A stretch of DNA of 53,790 nt, counting the filler, from Sphacelaria rigidula (taxonomy: Eukaryota), in assembly GCA_964200075.2 (NCBI GenBank). It is 3 parts of 3 records of this genome, joined end to end, with 100 filler letters (N's around TTAATTAATTAA, not from the genome) between each part and the next. Parts side by side here need not be neighbours in the genome. Positions count along the whole stretch, not along the records: positions 1 to 17,864 come from CAXNAA020000976.1; 2 more parts are not named here. One strand, given 5' to 3'. The notes below the pieces were generated by a model. The model ran no database searches and was not told where the DNA came from. It was given only the letters and a program-made list of their open reading frames with translations. Position numbers and translations under genes: made by a program. Shown here in pieces: positions 1 to 12,002 of the stretch; the stretch's first letter is position 1, and each line of letters opens with the position of its first letter.

Positions 1-1452
1 GTCCTTGCTGCGCGGGAGTCCGTTTTATTCTTGAGTTTCCAGACACCGAGCATTTGAGAATTCCGCATGTTCCACCTCGATAAACGCTGCTGTTCCTGAA
101 GCCGCAAGTGCGGATTTTTCACCGCAGATATCTCGGCAACGAGGCAGAGGATTGAACTGCGGTTTGATGCGTGTGCTTCCCACACACCAGAACTTTTCAG
201 CGCCAAGCGGTTTGCCGTAACGCGTGCCGCGGAGCCCGCAGCACTCTGCAAACCGCCAACATGTACTAAAAACGCGTTATCTTCGACGTTCGGGGGCGTT
301 TCGGATCCGCTGGGGCGAATTGAGCAAGCCCGTTCTGGCGCTGAATAGATCTAGTGTGTGCGCGGGGGGCTGTCAAGTGCCACAGGCCGATTTGCTTCCT
401 GTCTCGAGAAATATTCGATAAAAAAATTACAGCTTTTGCATACTAAACGTAGGTAAGTTGGGGTGGAGCGTGTGCTCTGTTTGGAAGAGGTTGGGCACAG
501 GTCCGACCAGTCAATGACGTCTTCAATACATCTTTAATATCCTTCCGCGTTCGTATTTTTTTAGTTGACCACGGATTTTTGGTCGGTAAGGCCTTCATTC
601 ACCCCCATAACTGTCTCGAAGAAAATGGTCATGCAGCGCCTGATGTTTGGTTTCAGGCTGCATGAAGTGCCTCATATGAGCAACATTGGCGAAAACGAAC
701 CCAAGCATGGGAATTCCCAGCTGCTCGTCTGAGTATGATATTCTGGCAAATGTATCTTATCAGAACTTGTCTGTTTATCGAGCATATACTTGGATGGAAG
801 GTCATTTGAGTTCCAAGGGGGCTGACAAGCTAGTTGAGCTCTAACGGACACGTTTGGCAAGTGAGTTCGTGTCTCATCTCTAGCTAAAAAAATAATTTCC
901 AGAGTGAAAAAAAAAATCGTGGCAGACCGCTAGTTGGTGGACTCAGGATTTTTTTTCCATCGATTTTTCATCGTTTTTTTTTTTTTTTTTTTTTCTGAAT
1001 GGTAGCTACCCTTCCGAGAGTTACAAGAATGTGGAAGGGCAGACGAACGGGAGCAGACTTGGGACCGTGGTACGACTAGAAACATAAGGCGCAAGAATGC
1101 ACATAGCGCTACACCTACGCCGCACGAGCTCTGGTGCTCTCGATGCAACAACGCCTACACCGACGTGTAGCTCTCGGCTGGTTGAGCTCGGTGAATGTTT
1201 TGACGGTTGGATCCAGCAAGAACTGAATGAGAACCGATGATTTTAGTAGCCATGGCGGAGTCAAAGTAGTGCAAACGGTGTCGAATACGCCCATTTTTCA
1301 TCATGAAGCTCGCGAGTCCATGGTGCCTCTTGTTCCCTCCTGAACCGATTTCCGTGAAGTGGGGCTTCGTATACGTAGCCGAGAGGACCATGGTTAGATC
1401 GAATGTCGCTGTGCTTTGGTGCTCCACAACTGATAAACCAAAATGATTGAAC

Positions 1453-3475
1453 ATGGAGGAACATGTACGTTTTCATGGTCTTGTGGAATGCCACTAAAGA
1501 AGCACGCTTGCTTTCAACGTGATCGCCAGGCCAAAACGCACATGAAGCACACAACCGGAGCTCCTTCCCCTCAATTTTTTCATTATCCTGAGCCCCGGTG
1601 ACCGTAGGGTTGAGCAATGAAGAGCTGTGATACAAGATCAAATACCAGTACCGCCTGCAAGATTCGTCTATCCGTTATTCGAGAGCGCGTTCTGTGGGGG
1701 CCCCATGGTAATGTGTGTGTCTCACGTTCGTACCCACAGATATTCTTGACGGGCAAGCTAGCCGCTCTCGGGATTGATGAGGACCTGGAGCTGTCGGGCG
1801 GCGAAGAAGAAAATGACGACCCGAGTCCAACGGTCGCTGACAGCTTCTCTGGCTGTCCTGCCGGCAGTAGTGGCAGCAACAAAACTGAAAATAACTCAGT
1901 AGGCCCAAACGACGACCGCAGCGGCACTTCTGAAGCGCCGCCGAATGGCAGCAATATGCGGACAGGCGAGAACGGCTCCAACAGGAGAAATAATGCTGAT
2001 GACGGCCGTCAAACTTGCGCGGCACAGCCAGCTGCTGAAGCATCATCCTCACCATCGTCACCATCGTCGAGGCCCACGGCAGAGCGAGGTGAGAAAGTGG
2101 AGGCGGGAGAGTTGGAACCCGGAGAACTGTTGCAGATGCTGGAGAGACCACTGCAAACGTCCCGCTCTAATTCACATCAAAGGCAGCAGCAACAGCAGCA
2201 GCAGGGTTCATCAACGAGGGGAAATAACAAGCGGAGAAGTAGCAAGCCATCAACCAGCGGAAATAACGGCCGTGCCAAGGGACGCAATGTCACCGTCAAG
2301 GAATGCGCCAAGTGGGTGTGCGAGCGCCTAAAGGAGCCCAAATACTATCTCATGTGCCAGGTTGTGGCGGAAATCGGATACAACAACTCGAAGCGATTAC
2401 TGGAAGAAGTGCGACAGACGCAGGTGGGGAGAGGGAAGATATACGTTCGTTGCTGCGGGGGTATGGAATGGCAGTGTTGTGGGGGACTGACTGACCTGTC
2501 CTCGAAATATCATTCTGGGACGGTGACCGGAATTGCTCACACGGCATTGACTCGCAGGGCGTGTAGCTTCTCTCTGGCTTGTCTTCTTTCTGTTTTTTAG
2601 TCTGCTTGTTTTACCTCTTGCTCTTCCGGGAAAAACCTCTTTCGTGGCACTGTTTGAGCACAGTCAAGCGCCGGAATGTTGTGTCAAACACCAGAGTGCT
2701 GTGCGTACCTGAGCTGATCGTTTCCAAACATGACTAGCTCCCGCTTCGAAAGGTTCCCCCGACATGCGGTTGTCACAGCTGGAGAGAAGCGTATCTTCCG
2801 TGCCAGGGTTCTTCGCGTCGTCTTCTACCCTTGGTTGGAGTGAGCGGTGTTTTCCGGTTTTGTCTTTCTTGTGTGTGATTTGTCTCGTGCTGCCCTGAAT
2901 CCCCCCGTATGCTCGTAGCCCTCAATCGAAGTGCACCCTTGGGTGTTGGAAACTTGTCCACGACGAGCATAAAAAACGAATACGCACAAGGCGCCGATCA
3001 AATCATTTCCCGTTCCACAATTTCGCGGCATTTAGTGAAAAAGAAACAACCCCATTTCGACAACCAAGCGATCAATTCTGCCGCGCAATGCACCGTAAAA
3101 ACCAAAATGTCTACAACGAAACAGGAAGCGGGAGGTATGTCAACGGCGGACGGAGCCCGAAAACGTACTCCGGGGGGCGTCTTCTTCACTCTGCTCAAGC
3201 AGCACATGGAGCCCGCACGACTGAAGGCCCTCTACGCCGACGAAATACGCGTCAAAAAGGAGAAGGAAAGGAAGCGCCGGGCGGCCAACAAACGCAAAGC
3301 TGGGGCCGCCGACGCGGGCGACGACGTGACGTTGGCGACGCCGCGAGATTCGCAAAGAGTGAGGGAGCAGCGTAGCAGATACGGAAATGGCCCCGGCGGG
3401 AGAACCGTAGGCGAGTGGACTGGGCCGACGTACGATTGCGATGTCAAGCGCGTGCGCGCCGCGGCGGGTCCGTAG
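1453..3475 (+). CDS. PHAX: PHAX (phosphorylated adaptor for RNA export) RNA-binding-domain protein, ~348 aa; join(1453..1464,1740..2423,3125..3475)
   Basis: Splicing CAG|GT at 2423/2424 to AG|GAA at 3124/3125 (phase 0) gives ...CERLKEPKYYLMCQVVAEIGYNNSKRLLEEVRQTQ-EAGGMSTADGARKRTPGGVFFTLLK..., the PHAX RBD signature (GGxxTxDGxRxRTPGGVFxxLLK). Acidic/Ser-rich N-terminus and basic C-terminal tail. The 12-nt first exon (ATG GAG GAA CAT|GTACGT) is phase-compatible with the acceptor at 1738-1739 but is tentative. Confidence 0.9.
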
Positions 3476-5240
3476 TGATCATGGTCCAAGTGTGGCGGGA
3501 GAAATGAGAAGTAGACCTTCATCGGTGCGGCGATGGAACTGCAGCGCGTGTGGAAGGGGAGGCTAGGGCGGGGGGATTGGGGGACGGAGGGTCCGCGTAG
3601 GTTTGAGGCGAACGGTAAGCATACTCAATTGATCGGCGACCGCGCTGTTCGGGAAAGTGGCTAGGCTCACCGCTTCTCCTATTCTCGCGTCTATGCTTGA
3701 GCACTTTTCCACGCTTGTTGCTGTGCTGAAACTTGGCTCAACGGTTTCTTCGGGAGATGAAGACTGCGAAGCAACATGCTGCTGGGGCTGAAGGGGCTGC
3801 GAGAGTGGTAAACAAGCAATATCCCATGGGCTATGGTTGGTGGTGCGTAGGTTGTGAGGATGAGCACGATATCGCGCCGCGACCGCTCATTGGGTGTCCG
3901 CGCTCGTGGCTGATCCCTGCGGGTGCAACTTCATGCACGGTCGACTTTTCCCCGTGAAGTGTCCTTTGGAGTCGTTGTGACGGCCACTGGGCCGTAGTTC
4001 GTCTCGGGGGTGGTGATGTTCCCACGCGAAATAAAAAAAAAAGCATTTCTTGTGAATCTGGTGGATCCACCGAGCATGCTGACCTTGTGCACGAGCCGAG
4101 CGCAACCGCAGGAAGATGTTTTTGGCTCGCAAGTTAAGGAAGGTGTGGTTGCATGCGATGGGTAGTGACGTAGCTGGCTTGGAACACAACAGTTCGCGGT
4201 CGGTTGTGAATTCACTGTCGGAGGATGAGAACGCGGTTGATTCAAAATGGATGTTTCAATGAAAACCTAACCCAGTCGGTAGGCAGGTGTATCTTGACAT
4301 TATTCTGGTGCAACTCGTGGAACCTCGATCAGGTGGCGGCTCGTCACTTTGAGGGGGGAAATGTTTGCCCGGTTGCGTCGCGTATTCGAGTTCATGTAGT
4401 TCAAGCACGTCACAATTTGAACTCGAGTGTTGCTGATGGAAGGCTGTACAAGTAGGCTGTCTGAGTAGAAATGTACCCGTAGCCGTTTACCCGTCGCCTT
4501 GGAAAAAGCGTGGTATCAGCAGTCGCATTTGATGCTACAGGTCACGCCCTCGACTGTGTATTAAAAGAGTGATGTAATGGTCGCACGCCAAACCTACGTC
4601 GCACATGTGCGCAACGAAACGGTATCATATCGCGTCTGCTAACGTTGTAGATACGCGCGAAATGCGCGCTTGCGTCTCTTGTGGGAGATATGTTGAATTT
4701 CAACACAGCGTTGATGCCTGGTCGCTCTGAGAGATAAAATGAGCCAACGACGTGTCAACTCTAATAACACGAACAGCTGCTCGTGATGATGTCCCTCCAG
4801 TACCCTTTTTCGAGTCAAACTGCCGATTCCTTCCCTCCCAGGACAAGTCCGTGGTCTCACGGCATCAACCCATCTCTTGCCAGTACCCGACTTGCAATTT
4901 ATCGTCGAGCATTATTCGATCTTGACTATCAGCACTCCTGCTATCCGTCCGCCCTTCATCGTTTCGTCGTTGGCTCACGTACTAACGCTTTCCACAATGA
5001 AATAAAGAACATGAGCCGTTGATTACTGTCGGGATTCGGATTCGCTGCTACGCCTAAACTGCCCCATGCATGCGAATGCTGTCCCGGTTTGACCAGCAGG
5101 ATGCAGCGGCGAAAGTGAGTTTTTTTGTGTGGTGGACTTTCTTGTCCCAACATTTAAATACACATTCGACTGTGAACACTTGTACTAACACGCGACTCCT
5201 TGCTTGTGACTTGTAAATTTTCATATACGTCATGCACTTT

Positions 5241-5450
5241 CATGGCATTCCCATCTCAGTTCTCACGTCTCCCATCTCCATGGCGTTCCCATCTCGTTAC
5301 TCTCGTCCACAATTTTCATGCATTCCCATCTCATTAATCACGTCTCCCATCTCCACGGCATTCCTATCGCAATACTCATGTTTCCCATCTCCATGGCACT
5401 CCCATCTCATTTCTCATGTCTCCCATCTCTATGGCGTTTCCCCTCTCACT
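5241..5450. repeat. Degenerate minisatellite, ~38-bp unit (CATGGCATTCCCATCTC...CACGTCTCCCATCTC), about 5 copies
   Basis: CCCATCTC and CATGGC motifs recur at regular spacing; they explain the repetitive 'PISxxTSPIS' translation of ORF 5232..6008. Confidence 0.8.
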
Positions 5451-5605
5451 CTGATTCTTGAGTGCTGGAGCCTAATACCGTTGCGGCCACAAAATCCGCG
5501 TGATGGTGTCAACAACGCGAAGGGGCGGAAATCTACGAAGATACGATTAGCCGAAATGGCGGCTGGCTTCCGATCCTGCGTGTTCGCCTCGCAAGTCCCC
5601 AATTT

Positions 5606-8600
5606 TCAGTGCCCTTGTCGTTGGATCGAACGCGCAGCGGCGGCACCGCCGAAGAACTCCTTAAAGACCATGAATCGATTAGGCTGGTCTAGGCCGTTCT
5701 CCAGACGCAAGTGCTTGCTGAGGAACAGCGGCAATTTTGGAGATGGTCGGTCGTACGCGATTTCTGTCGGGTTCACCCCTTCACTCTGCCGAACAAGAAG
5801 AATCGAGTCGGAAGACGTCATGAGGAGAAGACGCGTACTGAATTTGTGCGGCAATGAGGGTCAGAGAGCGACTCTTTCCTCTGTGTGCGTTCGTCTGTGG
5901 CCGATGGACCCTTCGCTCCAACCAAGCAATCCTCGCCCCACACCCTGGAGCCTCGGTCAGTACTTCGTTGCAATTGACCAAATGCTCCAATTATTGCCGA
6001 AGCGATGAATATCGCCTTCCTGCGAAAACTTGCCGAACTGACGAACAAAAGCAGTCAATAGCAAGAAGAGTATTTCGTCCCGCTGTTGTAGCTCGTTGCC
6101 GAGCTCCAGCTGTTTGAAAAATAAACTAAATCGTCAGGACACACTGTCTTCCCCGTTCGTTCAATCGTCACCCGCGAGTTAGTTTCCGGATTCCTACATC
6201 CATCACCCCCTCGCAACATGGGTGCAACACAATGAACGATGTGTCAGCAAGTGGTCAGTGCCCACCTTGAGAGCTGAACTGAACAACGCGATTCCTAGTC
6301 CCTTCCGTTGCACAGTTTCGTGAACGTAAAAATCCAGTAAACACAGCACATCCTCCTCGAACATGGATCCGCCGTCGTCCTGCAATATGTTGGCCTTGAA
6401 GGCCGGCTATGCAACGTCAGCTCTCGGGGATATAATAGAAGTTCGTACAAGTACATGGGGCAATGTGCACGAATGCTTCAAGCTCCCGAAAACTCTGTTT
6501 TCCCCCCCTTGGGATAGGGTATATCTTGCGCTACATGGACCGAGAGAAGATTATTGGAACACGATCAAGGCAACAGCATATGATGAAACTGCAATCGCCG
6601 GTAAAATAACTCGTGTATCTCCTGTCGGTCAGGGCGCACGAGGTGTCGAGTGATGCTACGGTAGGGGTGCAAATATATTTTCTGACGTTAGAATTGTTAG
6701 GAGCCCTTGATCTTTTCCAAAACACGACTTATGAAAACATGTGAGAGTACGTCAGGATTACTATTCCAATGTGCTAGGGATATCCCGACTGAATTTGCAA
6801 ACGGGGATGTCCTGACCTATATTCTTGTGCATCTAGAACCGTTAGGAGCCCCTGAACCAGACAAGATTTCGCGCAAAAAGTGCATCCCTACCGTGGCATT
6901 GCTCTGTCCGATTCGCCTGTTACTAGAGTAGGACTCGCCACCATATAATATGCTCTGTGATGAGCAAGATCTATTCAGCACATTAGTACCGGTACATCGC
7001 ACGCTCCAAGCGAGAATAGAAAATGTCGAATTCACCACTCGATGAAAGAGATACCAACCACAATGTACACAGGCTGTACCATTCCCGTTCGAATCCCGAC
7101 ATTATCTTGTCTCACCGGATACAAGAAAAGATGTTTTTCCCCAAGTCGCAAGAAGCCCTGTATGGTGTCCGCCTTGTCGTTGCAAACGATGTAAACGTTG
7201 TCAGAAGTTTCGCGGAGCTTCTCGGTAGTGGTCAATGGCGAGCTCAACCCCTGCGCCTGGACACAATTCGACGATATGCACGAAATGCGGTGCACATGGC
7301 GGGTGCAGGTAGGTGATTTGTTTAAGCTGTCCTAGAGATCCTGACGCCTTCTGACCCGCAAGCCACTGCACATGTACGTACATTATTGGGCGATTTATTC
7401 GCCTACGATGCATAAATTGACAGAAGGGACTACACAGGTGAACACTCAGGACGTGAACACGCCGCCGATAGGATGCTACTCGGGAGTTGGCATAAAATGC
7501 TACTATCCGAGCCAGGCTTCAGCTTTTGATGGTATGTCTGGTTTTAATTAAAAGCTTTACTAACGGCAGCGCGAATACAACCGTCCATTTTTGTACGGGT
7601 AAAATTGGCATTGGTACACATCAAATAAGTTATTCACCGAACGAAAGCTAACCACGAGGACATGAGAGTCTTCGCAGTCGATCGTAGAACATGGGGACGA
7701 GATTTTCTTCGGGGAACGAACAGAGGAGATAGAAATTGTACATGATATTGAACGTCGTGCCCGTCAGGGGTTACTTCCAAGGCACGTTTGACCGGTACTA
7801 GGCTCAATGATTGATTGATTGATTTGATTGATTTGATTGATTGATTGATTGATTGTCGCACTTTAACTGACCACCCAGGGATCCAGCCGTGATGACATGA
7901 TGGACGTACCCGAGGCGAGACAAAACCGAGACACTCGCCGAAAAGAAGAGAAGAAACATGGAAAGTGAGACAAAACAGCATTGTGGACTACGACTTAAAA
8001 TACAAAAACAAATTCATGACAAGAGAAGAAGATAATAGCAAAGAAAGAAATGGCCGGTCTTGGCCACATGGCTTCGGCGGAAAAGGTCTTGCGCAGAACC
8101 ACACTCATACCCAGTCGTGAAAAACAAAAGGCCATGGAAAGGAAAATATTGCAGCTCATCTACTACAAACGCTCTATTTTGGTTGTGAACCTTCTCATCC
8201 ATGAAGAAACACAATGTAGCGAGGTACCACACTGCTCTGGAATACACAGACAGGGAAGAACACGTATTTATACTCGTAGAAATATGGGGAAAGGGAGGAC
8301 CTGGTGAAGCCCAAAGAATTCAGGGCAGCAAAGTAGATGAAGACACACACCAGGGGGCACCGCAGCGCCACCGTCTAAGGACACTATCAACAACCGATAT
8401 AAGCAGACAGGATTCTTCGATAAGCAACCCTCAACCCAACAGTCTCTCGCTTGTGACGGCGGTTCGATTCTCGTTTGTCCGCACGCGTCGCCACGTGTCC
8501 TCAAACTCTTCCGCTCCTTTTTCGACTCCAATATGCATGCCATTTACCCAAGTTCTTCGCCGCAGTGACCCAATCGTGTGCATCAACATCATGTACAATT

Positions 8601-9831
8601 TCGACCTCAGTGCATTCCCCTAGAAACATTTCGTTCCCATTTTTCAATACGTGCCTGTTTCCTCCTGACCGCACCCTGCGTACCCGTATCTGCAGCAGTT
8701 TTCTTATCAGGCGTCAGCTTTCCAGCCCTATTATACGGTATGCGTTTTTCGGACCCTCATGGTTTTGTCATCGAGCGACTACCGCCCAAAACAGTAGAGA
8801 CTGGAACATTTACCAGAGATCGCGTTTCTGCTACAAGTGAAGGGTTAATATATCGTACTGCACACAGTATCTCTCGCCGGAACAAGTTGCTGGCGAGAAA
8901 CACAGGCAGTAAAAACATGACGTAAACTCTAGTCGCACTTGCGATCTTTTTATACTGCCCTAGACAGCCGAACTATTATAATAGCGGTACAACAGGTATT
9001 CTTGAGATATATCATCATTGTTTATCGCTGAGCGCGCAACATGAAAAATCGGATCTCCAAATGTTTGTGGCACACTACTTGCTAGTGGCACGCATCAATT
9101 ACTCTCAATTTAAGTCGTGAAATATGTCTGGTACCTTTCCGTACGAGCATAGCAACATGCTACTAGTTTCGAAAGTACACGCGGCGTATCAGCCGACACT
9201 ACAGTACGTAGGAGGAGGTCGATTGGAGCAAGGTGTTTTTTGCTAGGAATCCATCCCCGGCCACCTTGCGTGGGAGGAAAGGGTGGGGAATGCGACTTGC
9301 TTAGTCCCCTAGTTACATATGGAGATTGCACAGGTATGTCAAGGCTACGGCTGGCCTCTCCAGATGGTGTCGTGCAAAACAGTACAACACAAGGGTACAA
9401 TATACTCTTCGGCACGGGTGATAGATTCCTGACCTGGCGACGAGATGTGGAGTTACCTGACTCGAGAGTTGACCCATTTTGTTCAGGACTCGCTGAAATT
9501 CGTTTGATTCCTCCGGATTTAAAGCACCTGTGGCGGCGGACAGAACAAGGATAACGTTGTGGCATCTGTGCCTGCTTCAATCGCCGTTTGCGCTTCCTGG
9601 CTTCGCAGGCTACTGCTGTGTGCACTTCAATGGGATGCGCTATGCTTGAACAGAACGCGCGATGCGGTCACGTTTGCTCCATTATGGCTATAAAGACCGA
9701 CAACGAAAAAGTTGTTCTGCTTTTGAGTGGAGGCAGATTCCGCCAATCCAGATTTCATCCTCACCAACCCTTTGAGCATTCCAGCACGATATCCCTGGTT
9801 CCAAGATTATCAGGGAAGAAGTCAGTTCCAT
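5606..9831 (-). CDS. ATAT1: Alpha-tubulin N-acetyltransferase (ATAT1/MEC-17), 190 aa; complement(join(5606..5785,6266..6379,7116..7256,9457..9527,9765..9831))
   Basis: Five exons with GT-AG introns and matching phases (1,0,0,0) give MELTSSLIILEPGISCWNAQRVGALNPEESNEFQRVLNKMGQLSSQAQGLSSPLTT...GFLRLGEKHLFLYP...VLCLLDFYVHETVQRKGLGIALF...IAYDRPSPKLPLFLSKH...QPNRFMVFKEFF. This carries the MEC-17 family motifs AQxL, CxLDFYVHE, QRxGxG (acetyl-CoA binding) and DRPS. Confidence 0.95.
6648..6904. mobile_element. MITE (~255 bp) with ~24-bp imperfect TIRs, copy 1, inside an ATAT1 intron
   Basis: Left end GAGTGATGCTACGGTAGGGGTGCA and right end TGCATCCCTACCGTGGCATTGCTC are inverted; a colinear diverged copy lies at 31245-31498. 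Confidence 0.85.
7808..8790 (-). mobile_element. 3' end of a non-LTR retrotransposon (LINE) with (CAAT)n tail, decayed, in an ATAT1 intron
   Basis: (GATT)n tract at 7808-7854 preceded on the minus strand by ...GGATCCCTGGGTGGTCAGTTAAAGTGCGA; upstream is a frameshifted remnant DWVTAAKNLGKWH..GVEKGAEEFEDTWRR (~8470-8580), also seen at ~18820-18880. LINE assignment is by recall of similar ORF2 C-termini. Confidence 0.6.
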
Positions 9832-10720
9832 AGTTGTGGCCGGTTTCCGTACGTTGAGTATGTTCTCGTGTGTCTGCTGCTGCTCAGCTACTGTTGTCCG
9901 ATTGTAGCGGGCAGAGTCGCGGCGTTGAGGATGCGGGCCAATTATATCGCTGAGTGCTCGGACTGGGTAGTTAAGCCGCATTTCTCAGTCAGGATCTTGG
10001 TAACTTGGTGCAATTCTGACATACGAATGCTCATGTTCGGATCGTGTGGACCAGGGTTCTTTGGGAAGCGGAGCGGAGAAGGGGAGGAGGAGGAAGAGGA
10101 TGATCCGCGGCGACCTCGTCGACATGAAGGTGTTGTCTATATCCAACCCGCGCCTCCGACGATTTCACTCCATCTGCTGTCCTACCTGTTGTCCTGTATC
10201 ATATGCCCCAAGTGGGTGACGGAATATTACACCCCTGTCAATCACTCACCAACAATGATTTCTCTTGAGAATCATGGCTCCTTTCTCACTCCGAAGAAGC
10301 CTCTTTCGCCGGAAAACCTTAGCGGGATAGCTTCAAGGACACTACCCCTAGCGGTATGGCTCCTGCAATGGTTTTGAAAACAGTCAGGATTGAAAAACTT
10401 ATGAACGAGGGTGTCGACACTGCCAACTGCGTGCGGCACGCGGTTCGCAGGTCCTCCTAGAAATTCTTCGACTACGTGCTCCACGACAGTACAGTTAGTT
10501 GTAGCTGGCTACATGTATGGCTGCCCCCCGCGCAAGAGTTGGTGTACCACCATCTATGTATCTAGCACTCGATTTCTATACGAAGTGTCGCCCTCACGCG
10601 CGGCAACGGGGTAAAGAAACATTGTACAGCGACACACGGTTTGGAAAAAAGCATGAGTTTCACCGGAAATGGAAACTGTTCCGAAAGTACAGAAGAAGTA
10701 AATACTGTTCTCTACCATTG

Positions 10721-10978
10721 GAGAGCGACGATGTCGTGGGTACACAAAATTCGACTTAATGGTCGACGAGGGAAAGGGCCTGCTGAACCCCTCTCGCGAT
10801 AAAAAATAAAAAGGCAAGCACCGCAGAAGGAAGGTGGGGTACTAAAAACAAATAAAAAAGAAAAGCTAGGCCTCTGTGTTGACCTTCCTCCTGTGTGACC
10901 CCGGCTGATGCGCCCACATATCCCGAAAGGGGTAGACTGGCGCCCAGAATAAATGGGACGACAACACACACACACACA
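10721..10978 (+). mobile_element. SINE, 5'-truncated copy with (CA)n tail; same family as 42383-42695
   Basis: Shares GTGGGTACACA..TCGACTT, AGGCAAGCACCGCAGAAGGA and TAGACTGGCG.CCAG...GGGA.GACAAC plus a microsatellite tail with the copy at 42383-42695. Confidence 0.7.
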
Positions 10979-11562
10979 ATTGTGTACTGATGAATCTGGA
11001 CCGCACCGACGAACCAATCTTAAAGATGATGTGACTACAGCAGTCGACGAATAATAACACGTGTATGTACCGATGACTGCCCACAATATGTGCAAGTGTT
11101 CCCAAAAAGGATTACGTATCACAGACCAGCGAAACAACGAAAAACTCTAGATTAAATTGAAGATATCAATAACTATATCAACCACTAGCAAGTTTTTGCC
11201 ACGTGCACTTCAATCCTAACTTCAGGCCAGAGAGCTCACTGTCTTGCGCTCCACACGGAAGCCCTCATGTTGGGAACTCTCCAAGGTTGCGTTCTGTGGG
11301 GTATATCTGTGTCAGTGGGGGATTTTTGGTTGGCACACTAAACCATACCGACATGTGTACCGTACCCTCTGGCGGTGTGTTCGGCAGGGTGTCGAGTCGC
11401 ATTCCGAACAATTCGGTATGGTTCGGAAGGATACTTGCTGATAAAATACCTCTTTTATTTTTATACCTCTGCAAATAACCGAATCTCAGGCGGTACAGTA
11501 TACCCGACAGAACATACCCTTGGAACAAAACCCCTTCTAGAGATTTTTCGTTCGGCTGTAAA

Positions 11563-11998
11563 CACGGGATCTTACAAATCGGGGATGGATCTTTCATTGG
11601 GCATGAGAAACCCGGAGAATTAAAATCTTCGCATCCACACCAAATCTTCGAAATATGGTTCCCTTTCTTCACTTACTGATAGCTATTGACAACTGCTACA
11701 CGCCATAGGAACTTGGATTTCGATCACCGAAATGTTGGGTTCCTGGGTGAAAAACCAACTTCGGAACCATTCCGGCGTCCGTTCGGACACCCGGAATTCT
11801 CCACTATTGGTTTTTCACCTAGGACCCCAACATTTCGGTGATCGAAATCCAAGTTCCTATGGCGTGTAGCAGTTGTCAATAGCTATCAGTAAGTGAAAGA
11901 ATGGAACCATATTTCGAATATTTGGTGTGGATACGAAGATTTGAATTCTCCGGGTTTCTCATCCCCAATAATCCATCCCCAATTTGTAAGATCCCGTG
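11563..11998. mobile_element. Foldback MITE (~436 bp) with ~195-bp inverted arms and TTAA-type target site (piggyBac-like), copy 1
   Basis: CACGGGATCTTACAAAT...GTGAAAAACCAA is mirrored by TTGGTTTTTCAC...ATTTGTAAGATCCCGTG with a short spacer. Right flank is TTAA (11999-12002), left flank TAAA; the second copy at 35449 follows TTAA. Confidence 0.85.
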
Positions 11999-12002
11999 TT
12001 AA

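Noticed and set aside
5232-6008. 258-aa plus-strand ORF
   Set aside because: Made of a minisatellite plus the antisense of the last ATAT1 exon.
9727-10377. 216-aa plus-strand ORF
   Set aside because: Overlaps ATAT1 exon 1 and its upstream region in antisense; no domain or splice support.
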